DNA of 64,000 nucleotides from Oculatellaceae cyanobacterium bins.114 (GTDB lineage Bacteria; Cyanobacteriota; Cyanobacteriia; Elainellales; Elainellaceae): NCBI GenBank assembly GCA_033764315.1, contig JANRJA010000075.1, positions 86,402 to 150,401 of the forward strand, read 5' to 3'. Shown piece by piece: positions 10,473 to 20,635 of this stretch (position 1 is its first letter; each line of letters starts with the position of its first letter). The notes under the pieces were generated by a model. It saw only the letters and a program-made list of their open reading frames with translations, ran no database searches and was not told where the DNA came from. The position numbers and the translations under genes were made by a program.

Positions 10473-11546
10473 TTAAGGATGGTCTATCTCAGGCAATGAA
10501 AAATCGAGGGGTGGGCGATCATTTGCCTGCTCTGTTTCTTTGACTTGCTCTGTTTCTTCTAAAGGAGTGTCTTGAACCCTGCGGAGCGTGTTGAGGGTGG
10601 CTAAAACTTGCGATCGCGTCATTCCAGGTTGCACCTCTGGACGATATAACAGGGAGATCAGAGTTTTATCTAACTCGGTATATTGGGTGACATCTGTCCA
10701 ACCCTGATAAAAAATACTGCTTCTATAGGCGTAGGAGTCTTGCATTAAACCCAAAGATTGAGTTAACTCTTCGCGAATCAGGTGCGATCGCTCTTGTTGA
10801 GTCACACCATCGGTTGTGATCAAGACTCTGGCGCGATTGAGAATGTTGTCACGGTTCCACCATGTCCAAAAAAAGCCTAGATTACGAGGTCTATAGTTAG
10901 GCTCATATCGACTGAAACTTGACTCTGGAACAAAATAGATCTCAATATTGGGATTGGTGTCTACTAACTCCAATTGAATACTGCCGTGCGTCAACTCATT
11001 AACATCGGCGATGACGGTTTCTAAGGTGCTCAAATCGTCGCTGGTAGGTGAGCCAAAATATTTGATTCTGACGTCTCCTTGCCATTTGCGAATGGCAGCA
11101 CTAGAGTTGCCAAATTCTCCCCCCAGTGCGACTGCAAGAAAATAATTAATTTGTTCCTGGCTATACCCATCGGGTGGGCGATCGGGTTGAGCCACAGGCC
11201 CAGGTGATAGTTGAGGGGTTGGGTTCACAGCCGGGGTCGGGTTCACTAAGGTCACAAAGTCGCCTCTTACCCATCCTTCGGTCTGAGAGTCTTGAAAGCG
11301 AACCCGATACCACTGATAACCATCGTTGCCCTGAGTTTGGTTAAGCACAGCAACGCGATCGCCCACCAGTCCATAGGCGGGTGCCGCCGCTTGCGTGGAG
11401 GGGGCACTGCGGATATTGATCGCACTGGATGGATCGCGTGCAGTTAAGATAGCTTCTTGAGCCAGAGCACTAGACGCTAGGGTGACACTCAATAGACTGA
11501 ATATCGCTAACCCTAATAAGCTGAACCACCGGGGTTTAAAAGTCAT
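10473..11546 (-). CDS. secreted SH3b plus DUF2927-like protein
   Basis: Signal peptide; INIRSAPS...GWVRGDFV SH3 domain; HLIREELTQSLGLMQDS motif. Confidence 0.8.
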   Translation of the reverse strand: MTFKPRWFSLLGLAIFSLLSVTLASSALAQEAILTARDPSSAINIRSAPSTQAAAPAYGLVGDRVAVLNQTQGNDGYQWYRVRFQDSQTEGWVRGDFVTLVNPTPAVNPTPQLSPGPVAQPDRPPDGYSQEQINYFLAVALGGEFGNSSAAIRKWQGDVRIKYFGSPTSDDLSTLETVIADVNELTHGSIQLELVDTNPNIEIYFVPESSFSRYEPNYRPRNLGFFWTWWNRDNILNRARVLITTDGVTQQERSHLIREELTQSLGLMQDSYAYRSSIFYQGWTDVTQYTELDKTLISLLYRPEVQPGMTRSQVLATLNTLRRVQDTPLEETEQVKETEQANDRPPLDFSLPEIDHP

Positions 11547-11910
11547 GGTCTTGGTTGTAGAGGCAAGATAGAAGAGCGTACAAGGATCTCTTTCCCAATC
11601 ACCGAGCCCTTGAGAATGGTTTTTAGTACATTTATACTAAAAATAGGCTGGGTTTGTGAAGTCCTATTTGGATCTATCTTGCCGACCCAAGGCGATGCTT
11701 GGGATAGACCTGGTTACACTCAATAAACTGGACAATCGCCCTTGGAAATGGGTCTTACCCGTGTGTAGGTCTAGGGATGCAGGGGAGAGGCGATCGCTGA
11801 GAAGGTTGAATTGGATCCCGTTTCTAGAAAATTGGGATACCCATCAATATCCCCGTCGGGACGTTTCGCGCAATGCCCCAACCGCTGATCTGTAACCGTT
11901 GCAGGTTTGC

Positions 11911-13233
11911 CTACTGTTGAGTCAGGGCTTGTAAAAATGCCTCGATCCCATCTACTGGAATAATCTGGGTGTTCAGCTGTGACGCGATCGCCTCTACCGT
12001 CATATCGTCTAAAAAACGAGAGTCATCATGTTTCAGCATCAGCGAGGGCAGAATGACCCCTGAACCCAGGTCTCGTCCTGCAAGAGCTTGCAAGATATCC
12101 TGTCCGGTAAGTAACCCAGTCACGCTAATGGCCTGTCCCCAATATTCACTGGCGATCGCCACCATCTCAACGGTCAGCCCTTGCACCTGGTTTAACCGCT
12201 CTAAAATAGGCTGAAACGCCGTTTCTACAGCATTTCCCACCACCCAAACATATTTGCGAGGAGACGTCACCTGTTGGGGCAACCGCTTAGCCGCCATTGC
12301 AAACTCCTTGAGGAACTGCTGAATTGACCCCACCCCATTGCCAATCTGTGGATAGTCTTCGTAGTGCGACTCTGGAGGCAACTCTTGCCTGCCAATCAGA
12401 AACCATTCGTCGGCTAACCAGGCAACGGTCGAGCCAAACTGATGGCGAAACTTAGTTTGTAATGTTTGTACCTGCGCGATCACCTCTTGTGCCTTTTCAG
12501 GTGTCACAGGGATCAACTCATCCTCCATTGGGCGAAAGCGTGTCAGCCCTACTGGAACAACGGCGATCGACGCGACCGTGGGCACCTCGCCTTTGTGAAA
12601 GGCTGCTAGATCTAACAAGGTTTGCTCTAGATGCACTCCGTCATTGATGCCTGGACACACCACCACCTGAGCATGAATCTGGAGTCGATGTTGTTGAAAC
12701 CAGCGCAGTTGATCTAAAATTTGCCCTGCTCGCAAGTTTTTAAGCAACCGAATGCGAATTTCAGGTTCTGTGGCGTGAACAGAAACATACAACGGGGATA
12801 GCCGCATTTGAGCGATGCGATCCCACTCTCGCTGGGGCAGGTTGGTCAGGGTCAGGTAGCTGCCATAGAGAAAGCTGAGGCGGTAGTCATCATCCTTTAA
12901 ATATAGGGTTTCTCGTTTACCGGGAGGCTGCTGATCGATAAAGCAAAAAGGACAGCGGTTGTTGCACTGAATCAACCCATCAAACAGAGCTGTTTCAAAC
13001 TCTAGCCCCAAGTCTTCGTCGTAGTCTTTCTCGATCTCGACGTGGTGGGTCTGCCCTTTGGCATCCAATACCTCAAGCTCTAACTCCTCATCTGCACACA
13101 AAAATCGGTAGTCGATCAAGTCACGCGGCGACTGTCCATTAATAGCCACTAGGCGATCGCCCACCTCAAAGCCAATCTCAGCGGCAATCGAGTCGGGCAA
13201 CACACGTGAAATAACAGCAGGATGAAGGGTCAT
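11911..13233 (-). CDS. PDZ-containing radical SAM-like Fe-S protein (TIGR03279/DUF512 family)
   Basis: N-terminal PDZ-like segment, CNNRCPFCFIDQ, LYLKDDDYRLSFLYG, QIGNGVG. Confidence 0.92.
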   Translation of the reverse strand: MTLHPAVISRVLPDSIAAEIGFEVGDRLVAINGQSPRDLIDYRFLCADEELELEVLDAKGQTHHVEIEKDYDEDLGLEFETALFDGLIQCNNRCPFCFIDQQPPGKRETLYLKDDDYRLSFLYGSYLTLTNLPQREWDRIAQMRLSPLYVSVHATEPEIRIRLLKNLRAGQILDQLRWFQQHRLQIHAQVVVCPGINDGVHLEQTLLDLAAFHKGEVPTVASIAVVPVGLTRFRPMEDELIPVTPEKAQEVIAQVQTLQTKFRHQFGSTVAWLADEWFLIGRQELPPESHYEDYPQIGNGVGSIQQFLKEFAMAAKRLPQQVTSPRKYVWVVGNAVETAFQPILERLNQVQGLTVEMVAIASEYWGQAISVTGLLTGQDILQALAGRDLGSGVILPSLMLKHDDSRFLDDMTVEAIASQLNTQIIPVDGIEAFLQALTQQ

Positions 13234-13354
13234 GATCGACGCACAAAAATAAAGGCTTGATTAGCAAAGCTTTGTTAGCGAAGCGGCTAGTCTCTTTATC
13301 CATTGTGCAGAATTCATTGCCGAAACGAGCGGAATATTCTTAACCTTGCCATGA

Positions 13355-14326
13355 TTAAACGTTTTGCACTAGATTGGCAGCGATCGCCCCCAAGATAGCT
13401 ACTCCAAAGCCCAAGCGATACCAGATAAAGATCCAGGTGTTATGGGTTTGGAGATAGCGCAATAACCAGGCGATCGCCACATACGAGGAAACTGCTGCTG
13501 TAATGACCCCAATCGCTAAAGGCAGCAACTCCGATCCTTGAATGCCAACTTCTAAGAGGGTTTTGAGTTCGACTAAGCCAGCGATCGTAATCGCAGGAAT
13601 GCCAAGTAAAAAGGAAAACCGTGCGGCGGCTCCTCGCTCTAAGCCAATTAACAATCCTGCTGTCAGGGTTGACCCAGAACGAGACACCCCAGGAACTAGA
13701 GCCAAGGTTTGAGCTAGCCCCATCCAAATGCCATCTTGAGTGCCGACATCCTCTAAGGTACGCTTCCGTTTGCCAACATACTCCGCGGCGGCCAGCAATA
13801 ACGACATGACAATCGACGCAGAGGCGATCGCTGCCATACTCCGCAGGGGCGATCGGTCAAAGTCTGGGATGAATACTTTGATCAAGACCCCGCCAATTAG
13901 AATTGGGATTGTTCCTAAAATAATGCCAAGCCCCATCCGAAAATCTCTGGACTCATAGTCTGAGCGCATCACGGCTTGAACCATACCAACAGTAACCTGG
14001 GTTAGATCTGACCAGAAATACCACAAAATGGCGGCGATGCTGCCCAGTTGAATCACAGCCGTAAACGCCACACCGGGATCACCCCAGCCCATCGCAACCG
14101 GAACGACTTTGAGATGGGCCGTGCTACTAATCGGCAAAAACTCAGTCAACCCTTGAACAACTCCTAAAACAGCAGCCTGAAACCAATTCATGACAGCCGT
14201 GCTAGTAGAAGCCGTTGAGGAGGTATCGGTTGTTGCAGTGCCCAACAGGAATGAAAGGGGGGACGTTTTAATCGCTGCAACTCCTGTTGGTGCTATGTAA
14301 CGTGCACCACAATAAACAAGACTCAT
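13355..14326 (-). CDS. uppP: undecaprenyl-diphosphate phosphatase
   Basis: GVVQGLTEFLPISSTAH and PGVSRSGST motifs; true start may be downstream. Confidence 0.95.
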   Translation of the reverse strand: MSLVYCGARYIAPTGVAAIKTSPLSFLLGTATTDTSSTASTSTAVMNWFQAAVLGVVQGLTEFLPISSTAHLKVVPVAMGWGDPGVAFTAVIQLGSIAAILWYFWSDLTQVTVGMVQAVMRSDYESRDFRMGLGIILGTIPILIGGVLIKVFIPDFDRSPLRSMAAIASASIVMSLLLAAAEYVGKRKRTLEDVGTQDGIWMGLAQTLALVPGVSRSGSTLTAGLLIGLERGAAARFSFLLGIPAITIAGLVELKTLLEVGIQGSELLPLAIGVITAAVSSYVAIAWLLRYLQTHNTWIFIWYRLGFGVAILGAIAANLVQNV

Positions 14327-14656
14327 ACCATTCTCCTCAACTAAACAGGGGTGAAACCAGGGTAATGTCGTGTGCCTGAGGCTCTTAACCGATTTAAAGA
14401 ACTGCCACTGAATCAGGCTAAAGAGGCTTAACGGGCCTAGCCTACTCCACTAAGGTTGTTACTAGCCCCTATATTCTACGCAGCGTCTGATTAAGAACCT
14501 GCAAAGTTTTTGGCTTCCTTTGCAATTCTGGTGAGAGATTTAGCATGGCGCGCATCGAATGAAGGGAAATGTATTAGGATGGTGGATATACCCCCTGGGG
14601 GGATAAAACTGTGATATGTTAAAAAAGGTAAACTAATTTAAGATATTAAAAAACCT

Positions 14657-15373
14657 TTGTCATCTTATTCACCTTTCTCAACATTGTTGTACTTAGCCTC
14701 TTCAGAAGATGTGTCTCTGACCGTCCCCCAGACGCGTCTTCGTAAAACCTGGTGGGTGCTTGCCGCCGCTGTTTTTCTAGTATCCGTTCCGGTCTTTATT
14801 CAAGCTCCCCTCGTCCGCGAATTTCCCTGGCTGAGTCTAGGGCTAACGATTGGGTTTGTTGGGCTAAGTCTATGGCTGCGATCGCGCTCTACTAGCTTCG
14901 TCTGGGGAGATTTGTTACTTGGCTTTAGTTGGACTTGGCTGGCTGGCTCAATCTATTGGGGTTGGCTGCGCTGGGAGCCATTTTGGCATTTGCCAATTGA
15001 GGCGATCGGCTTGCCTTTTGTGGTATTTGCTCTAGCGAAAGGGTGGGGCAAAATTGGCGGTTGGTTCTATTTAGGCTCTTTGTTTGGCACCGCTTTGACA
15101 GACATCTATTTTTACTTAGTTGACCTGATCCCCTATTGGCGAAAGTTGATGCAGGTGCCTCTAGAGGAGGCTCAACCTGTCTTTCAAGGGGCGATCGCTC
15201 AGATTCAAACACCCTGGGGAATAGCGACAGCGATCGCACTTGTTACTATTTTGTTGGTGGTAGGGTATTTGCCTTTGCGCTCAAGTCAGTTACACTGGTG
15301 GGCATTTGGAGGGGCCGTTTTAAGTACCATCTTCGTAGATGGTTTGTTTTGGTTTGCTGCTACCATAGCCTAA
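14657..15373 (+). CDS. cyanobacterial membrane protein (DUF3120-like)
   Basis: FLVSVPVFIQAPLVR, GSIYWGWLR.EP.WHLPIEA and GSLFGTALTD motifs. Confidence 0.8.
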   Translation: MSSYSPFSTLLYLASSEDVSLTVPQTRLRKTWWVLAAAVFLVSVPVFIQAPLVREFPWLSLGLTIGFVGLSLWLRSRSTSFVWGDLLLGFSWTWLAGSIYWGWLRWEPFWHLPIEAIGLPFVVFALAKGWGKIGGWFYLGSLFGTALTDIYFYLVDLIPYWRKLMQVPLEEAQPVFQGAIAQIQTPWGIATAIALVTILLVVGYLPLRSSQLHWWAFGGAVLSTIFVDGLFWFAATIA

Positions 15374-15600
15374 CTAAGGATATGATTTGAGTATCCTGGG
15401 CTAAATTTAGAGGCAAATTTGTTCAGGGCATCTGCATAGCATCCCTGAGAGGTCATCCGTCTACAAAACTCCGCTGAATATTGAGTGACACAGCTTGATT
15501 GCTTTGAAGAATCACGCCATTCAGTGTTTGTAGACTCGCACTAGCTTTAGCTAGGGATTTCAGGATGCATCATAGGGAAAGATTACTGGTTTCTTAGCCT

Positions 15601-16596
15601 GTGGTGACTTCACAACAACCCGTTCCCCACTTGATACTCCGTACCGAGTCAGGCAACCGTTACCTCTCATTAACTAGCAGTAATTGCTGGACCGTTGGCA
15701 GAGGAGAGGACAACAATTTTGTGCTGCCTGACCGTTGGATTTCCCGTAACCACGCGATGTTGCAGCGAATGGAGACGGGCGAATTTTATTTGATTGATTT
15801 AGGTAGCCGCAATGGTTCCTTTGTCAATGGTCGTCGTGTGACTGTTCCCATTACGCTGCATAATGGCGATCATCTGACCTTTGGCCAAACTGAGTTGGAA
15901 TTTTATTCGCCTGATATTGAGCACTTGACTGATCCCTCCGTTGGGATGGAGTCCTCTCAAGAATTTACGGCAACGGCTACACTCCATGTGCGTCGGTTGA
16001 TTTCGGTGCTGGTTGTCGATATTCGTGATTTCACGGTGATGACTCGCCAGCTTGATGAAAAGATTTTGTCAGAGGCGATCGGTACCTGGTTCCGCTGTGC
16101 GGGCGACATTATTCGAGAATATGGTAGCTGGGTCGATAAATATATTGGCGATGCCATCATGGCCGTGTGGATTCATGGGCCTCAAGGCGTTAGCCCTGAT
16201 GAAATGGTTCGCATTGCACGGGCGTTGAGTGCGTTGCATAAGATGACCAGCCAGTTGCATGAGCGTTATCCCCTGCCTTTCCCGGTGCGGGTTGGGGCAG
16301 GATTAAACACGGGTTATGCGATGGTGGGGAATGCGGGTACAGGCGATCGCCCCGATTACACAGCCCTTGGCGATACGGTAAATGCGGCGTTTCGTTTGGA
16401 GTCATCCACTAAGCAAATTGGCAAAGATGTGGCTCTTGGCGAGACGACCTATCAATATTTGATGGAGTCAGGAGCTAATCCGACGTTGTTTAAGCAACAC
16501 AAGGTGATTATGAAGGGGTATGACACCCCGATGTTGACGTATGCTTCATCCTTTGTGGATTTGGACGCGTTTCTGCAAACTAGCAAAAAGGTCTGA
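15601..16596 (+). CDS. FHA-domain class III adenylate/guanylate cyclase
   Basis: FHA motifs GR/SRNHA/SRNG; catalytic DIRDFT, DKYIGDA, GDTVNAAFRLE. Confidence 0.93.
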   Translation: MVTSQQPVPHLILRTESGNRYLSLTSSNCWTVGRGEDNNFVLPDRWISRNHAMLQRMETGEFYLIDLGSRNGSFVNGRRVTVPITLHNGDHLTFGQTELEFYSPDIEHLTDPSVGMESSQEFTATATLHVRRLISVLVVDIRDFTVMTRQLDEKILSEAIGTWFRCAGDIIREYGSWVDKYIGDAIMAVWIHGPQGVSPDEMVRIARALSALHKMTSQLHERYPLPFPVRVGAGLNTGYAMVGNAGTGDRPDYTALGDTVNAAFRLESSTKQIGKDVALGETTYQYLMESGANPTLFKQHKVIMKGYDTPMLTYASSFVDLDAFLQTSKKV

Positions 16597-16840
16597 TCGA
16601 GTCATCAGGCTTTTAAGGGTTTGGTGTTATCTCGATCAATGGCAGGAGGGATAGTTGACAAACCCCCATTGATGGCGTGCTGTACTTAGAGCTCAGGGAA
16701 TGCGATCGCCATCCTGCAAATGACATAAATCAAATTTTATGTCGTCGCTAAAACACCCCTCCTCAAGTGGTAGGCTCTAATAAGTGCTGTGTATAGATTT
16801 TGATTCGACATAAGCAATTGGATTGGGAGGGATTGAATCA

Positions 16841-17269
16841 ATGAAACGACTGGTTGGTGCGCTGATGGCGTTGGGGCTATTAGTAGTAGTCAGTACCCTG
16901 GGATGGTTTGGATTGCCTCAGCCTGCAATAGCAGCCAATTGGAATGCCTTAACCTTCGGTCAATCAACACTGGTTGTAGCAGAAGCTCGCTATAACGTTG
17001 GTGAAAAATTGGCAACAGGCAACAAAATTGACTTGAACAATACGAACGTTCGGACATTTAGAGATTACCCCGGCATGTATCCTACTCTGGCGCGGATGAT
17101 TCTCAAATATGCTCCATTTGACACAGTTGAAGATGTGCTTGATATGCCTGGATTGACTGATCGCCAAAAGGAAATTCTGCAAGCTAATCTAGATAACTTT
17201 GTGGCTACCTCTCCTGAGGATGCTTTGGTAGAAGGGGGCGATCGCTTCAACAACGGTATTTATCGTTAG
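16841..17269 (+). CDS. psbU: photosystem II 12 kDa extrinsic protein PsbU
   Basis: Signal peptide; [15 protein letters not shown] and [18 protein letters not shown] upstream of the ATG. Confidence 0.97.
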   Translation: MKRLVGALMALGLLVVVSTLGWFGLPQPAIAANWNALTFGQSTLVVAEARYNVGEKLATGNKIDLNNTNVRTFRDYPGMYPTLARMILKYAPFDTVEDVLDMPGLTDRQKEILQANLDNFVATSPEDALVEGGDRFNNGIYR

Positions 17270-17331
17270 TCCTTAGCGCAATTAATAGTGATTTAAGGAT
17301 TAACCCTGACTTCAGTCAGTTAATTAAGAGG

Positions 17332-17392
17332 TCAGCATTCGTGGGTTTAATCGTCTCTTTAGAGAGGCAACCAGCGAGTGCTGATTTTTTTT
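17332..17392 (+). terminator. intrinsic terminator after psbU
   Basis: TCAGCATTCG...CGAGTGCTGA stem followed by T8. Confidence 0.65.
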
Positions 17393-17432
17393 ATTGTATT
17401 AAACCGCTTGCAGATTCAGGTGGGCAGGTATA

Positions 17433-19136
17433 ATGCATCCACCTCAATTACAGATTACGGATAATTTAAAGTTGCCAGACTCAACATTACCGACCCAGTT
17501 TGATGTGCTCGTTGTGGGTGGAGGTGCGGCTGGGTTATACGCTGCTCTTTGCCTTCCTGCTCAGGTTCGAGTGGGTTTAATTACCAAAGACACTTTGTCG
17601 TTGTCGGCGAGTGACTGGGCACAAGGAGGCATTGCAGCCGCGATCGCCCCTGATGATTCTCCTCAGTTTCACTTAGAAGACACACTGAAGGCAGGGGTTG
17701 GATTGTGTGAACCTGAAGCGGTCAAGCTATTAGTCGAGCTTGCCCCTAGTTGTGTGCGATCGCTAGTTGAGATGGGGGTGGCGTTTGATCGACAGGGCAA
17801 TGATCTGGCATTGACCCTAGAAGCGGCTCATTCTCGACGACGGGTGTTACATGCGGCTGACACGACTGGGCGAGCGGTGATTACAACGCTCACGGCTCAA
17901 GTCCTTGCCCGTCAAAATATTCAAGTTTTTTCACAAGCCTTTGCCCTTGACCTGTGGATGCAAGCCTCCCAATGCACTGGGATTAGCGTGCTATGTCAGG
18001 GCAAGATCTTGTGGTTGCAAGCCAATGCAGTGGTGCTAGCAACAGGCGGAGGGGGACAGGTCTTTGCTCAAACGACAAATCCTGAACTAAGCACTGGAGA
18101 TGGCGTCGCCATAGCCTGGCGATCGGGGACTGAACTGCGAGATCTAGAGTTTGTGCAATTTCACCCTACGGCGTTGACTAAGGCGGGTGCTCCTCGCTTT
18201 TTAATTAGTGAAGCGGTGCGTGGTGAAGGTGCCCATTTAATTGATGCTGAAGGGCGACGGTTTGCTTTTGATTACCACCCTGCTGGAGAACTCGCTCCAC
18301 GCGACATTGTCAGTCGTGCCATTTTTAGTCATCTTCAAAAAACGGCTCCTGATCCTGCATCTGCCTATGTCTGGCTTGATCTAAGACCCATTCCAGCCGA
18401 TAGAATTCGCCATCGCTTTCCTAACATTATTCAAGTCTGTCAGAGGTGGGGGATTGATGTGTTTCAAGAGCCAATTCCAGTAGCACCCGCTGCTCATTAT
18501 TGGATGGGTGGCATCACAACCAATTCTTTGAGTCAAACAACCATTCCCCAACTTTATGCAGTTGGCGAAAATGCCAGCACGGGGGTGCATGGGGCAAACC
18601 GTTTAGCGAGCAACTCGCTATTGGAGTGTTTGGTCTATGGTGCGCAATTGGGCTTGCTGACGTTACCTGCTGTCCAGGTATTCAAAGAACAGCCTCCCTT
18701 AATGAAGACTGATGTTTGGCGTCAGTGGCAGTCAGACCAAGCATCTATAACAACTTGGCGGCAAGCCTTGCCTCGATTGGTATGGCAAAGTGCTGGTATT
18801 TGCCGAGAGCAACGATCGCTGGATGAGGCGATCGCTCAAATAGAAACATGGCGCAAGGAATTTGCCTTACTCTCTCTCAGCCAAAGCCTGACCAACCTGG
18901 AGCAGGGGCAACCGATAGATCTGGGCAGTGCTGACGGTGATCAATATCTGCGATTATGGGGAGAAACCCGTAATTTGCTAGATATTGCGTACCTAATCCT
19001 CAAAAGCTCTGCATTCCGTACTGAGAGTCGAGGCGGCCACTATCGATCAGATCATCCTGAAACAGATCCTAGTTGGCAAACTCATACCCTAGTCAACCAT
19101 GACCACTGGTCAAAATCTGAACGAGTTGAGCCTTAA
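17433..19136 (+). CDS. nadB: L-aspartate oxidase
   Basis: GGGAAG, WAQGGIAA, EFVQFHPT, AHYWMGG, GVHGANRLASNSLLE, ESRGGHYR. Confidence 0.97.
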   Translation: MHPPQLQITDNLKLPDSTLPTQFDVLVVGGGAAGLYAALCLPAQVRVGLITKDTLSLSASDWAQGGIAAAIAPDDSPQFHLEDTLKAGVGLCEPEAVKLLVELAPSCVRSLVEMGVAFDRQGNDLALTLEAAHSRRRVLHAADTTGRAVITTLTAQVLARQNIQVFSQAFALDLWMQASQCTGISVLCQGKILWLQANAVVLATGGGGQVFAQTTNPELSTGDGVAIAWRSGTELRDLEFVQFHPTALTKAGAPRFLISEAVRGEGAHLIDAEGRRFAFDYHPAGELAPRDIVSRAIFSHLQKTAPDPASAYVWLDLRPIPADRIRHRFPNIIQVCQRWGIDVFQEPIPVAPAAHYWMGGITTNSLSQTTIPQLYAVGENASTGVHGANRLASNSLLECLVYGAQLGLLTLPAVQVFKEQPPLMKTDVWRQWQSDQASITTWRQALPRLVWQSAGICREQRSLDEAIAQIETWRKEFALLSLSQSLTNLEQGQPIDLGSADGDQYLRLWGETRNLLDIAYLILKSSAFRTESRGGHYRSDHPETDPSWQTHTLVNHDHWSKSERVEP

Positions 19137-19350
19137 ACTAATCCCGATTTAAACGGACTTTAGGACACATCAAAGTGCAGCAGGGGCTTAACATGGCTAA
19201 GCTCGTACAGTGCTCTGTCGTGATTTCAATTTAAATTGATGTACCAACTGTCAAGACCCTTGGTACAAGAGGGGGTGGCAGCTAGGGATGGATCTCTGCA
19301 CCCTGTCCTAGCCAACTCTTCAGTTGTTATATAACAAACCAGACTTTAAA

Positions 19351-19569
19351 CTAACGGGTACCGGAGCCTTGGCTACGATCAGGACCACCAATATTATCGG
19401 GTGGAACATAGGTAGAATCTTTGAGCTGGGACTGTGTCTTAGACAAGGTAGTTGCATCCACTGATTGAGGTGATTGAGGTTGAGAAGCAGCCAAAGCAGT
19501 CCCAGAAATAGCCAATTGCATACCAGTAACAATTGCAGCAATGCTCATGTATTTGAGGAAGGTGCTCAT
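19351..19569 (-). CDS. small secreted peptide precursor ending YVPPDNIGGPDRSQGSGTR
   Basis: 72 aa; Sec-type signal ending in ALA, low-complexity linker, Pro/Gly-rich C-terminal motif. Confidence 0.7.
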   Translation of the reverse strand: MSTFLKYMSIAAIVTGMQLAISGTALAASQPQSPQSVDATTLSKTQSQLKDSTYVPPDNIGGPDRSQGSGTR

Positions 19570-20267
19570 AGGACTGTTACCAGTGAATTTACTCATCTAT
19601 CAGCTCAGTCTACTCACGCGGAAATTCAAGTGTCAGTATTTGCGCGGGATTTATGCAGGATTTTTACAAGAAGGGTAATTTGACTCAATTACCTTTATAA
19701 AAACAACACAGCTTCTTGGGAACTTCTCGGAAACAGAGAATTTTGAGTTGTTAGCCTATCTCAAACAGAAATTCTCCTAGAAACACAGTTAGTTAGTTTT
19801 TAGAGAGTTGATTATCTGAGAGAGTGAGTTAACAAAAATGTTTCTCACAACCCAAGAATTGCCTTGAAGCCTTGTCTCTCACTCTCTAGATTTCACTTAG
19901 CCTGATTCTAGTGATATCAGCAAAATTCTGAACAACTTCGGAATTTATCCAAACAATTAAACGAATTCTTGACGAACCTTAGATAGGTTCTAACTTAGAT
20001 TTCATAGAACAGCTTGTAATCTCTATCACAGGCTTTTGTGTTTTGAGTCGTTGAGAGAGGTAGGGTGAATGTAGGGGTCGATATAAATAGAGTTCCCTCA
20101 ATCTACGAAATTTCTCGCAACCTTATCTTAAGAAATTATGTTAAACGTATTTTTTCATCTTTTCTTAAGAAATTTCTCTCTTTTGGAGAATAGTCTTCCC
20201 TAAAATTGGACTCTAACCATAATTTAAGGTTGAGCATTTGAGGGTATTAGATGGAATGCCTCAAGAC

Positions 20268-20342
20268 TATAGCGTTAGTCACGATCATTAGGACTATAAA
20301 GGGTTTAAGCCCCTTGTCCTAACCTGGATGACTGTGGCTATA
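20268..20342. repeat. TATAGC-ended palindromic element
   Basis: TATAGC..AGTCA..TTAGGAC-AAGGGTTTAAGCCCCTT-GTCCTAA..TGACT..GCTATA; right end resembles 62318-62422. Confidence 0.65.
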
Positions 20343-20635
20343 CATCCCGGATTCGGCATCATTTTGGCAAAAGATAGCGCGATCGCCCCGTTCAGTGAGA
20401 TTACTATCCGTGAGAGAGGCGTACTCAATTTGAGTACGTAAAGCTTTCTACGAACGGCTTGGTCAGAATATGCAATGTGATGCTGTGTTAGATGCCACAA
20501 AAAGGCTGTAAAGCCTCTCTCTAACTGAATCTTCGGTTTCTATTTTTTATTAGGGTTAAGTAAAGGATTCGTAAATGTTGACATCAGTATGGGGTCAGTA
20601 ACTGATCAATCAACTCCTATCCATGACCCATTGCT

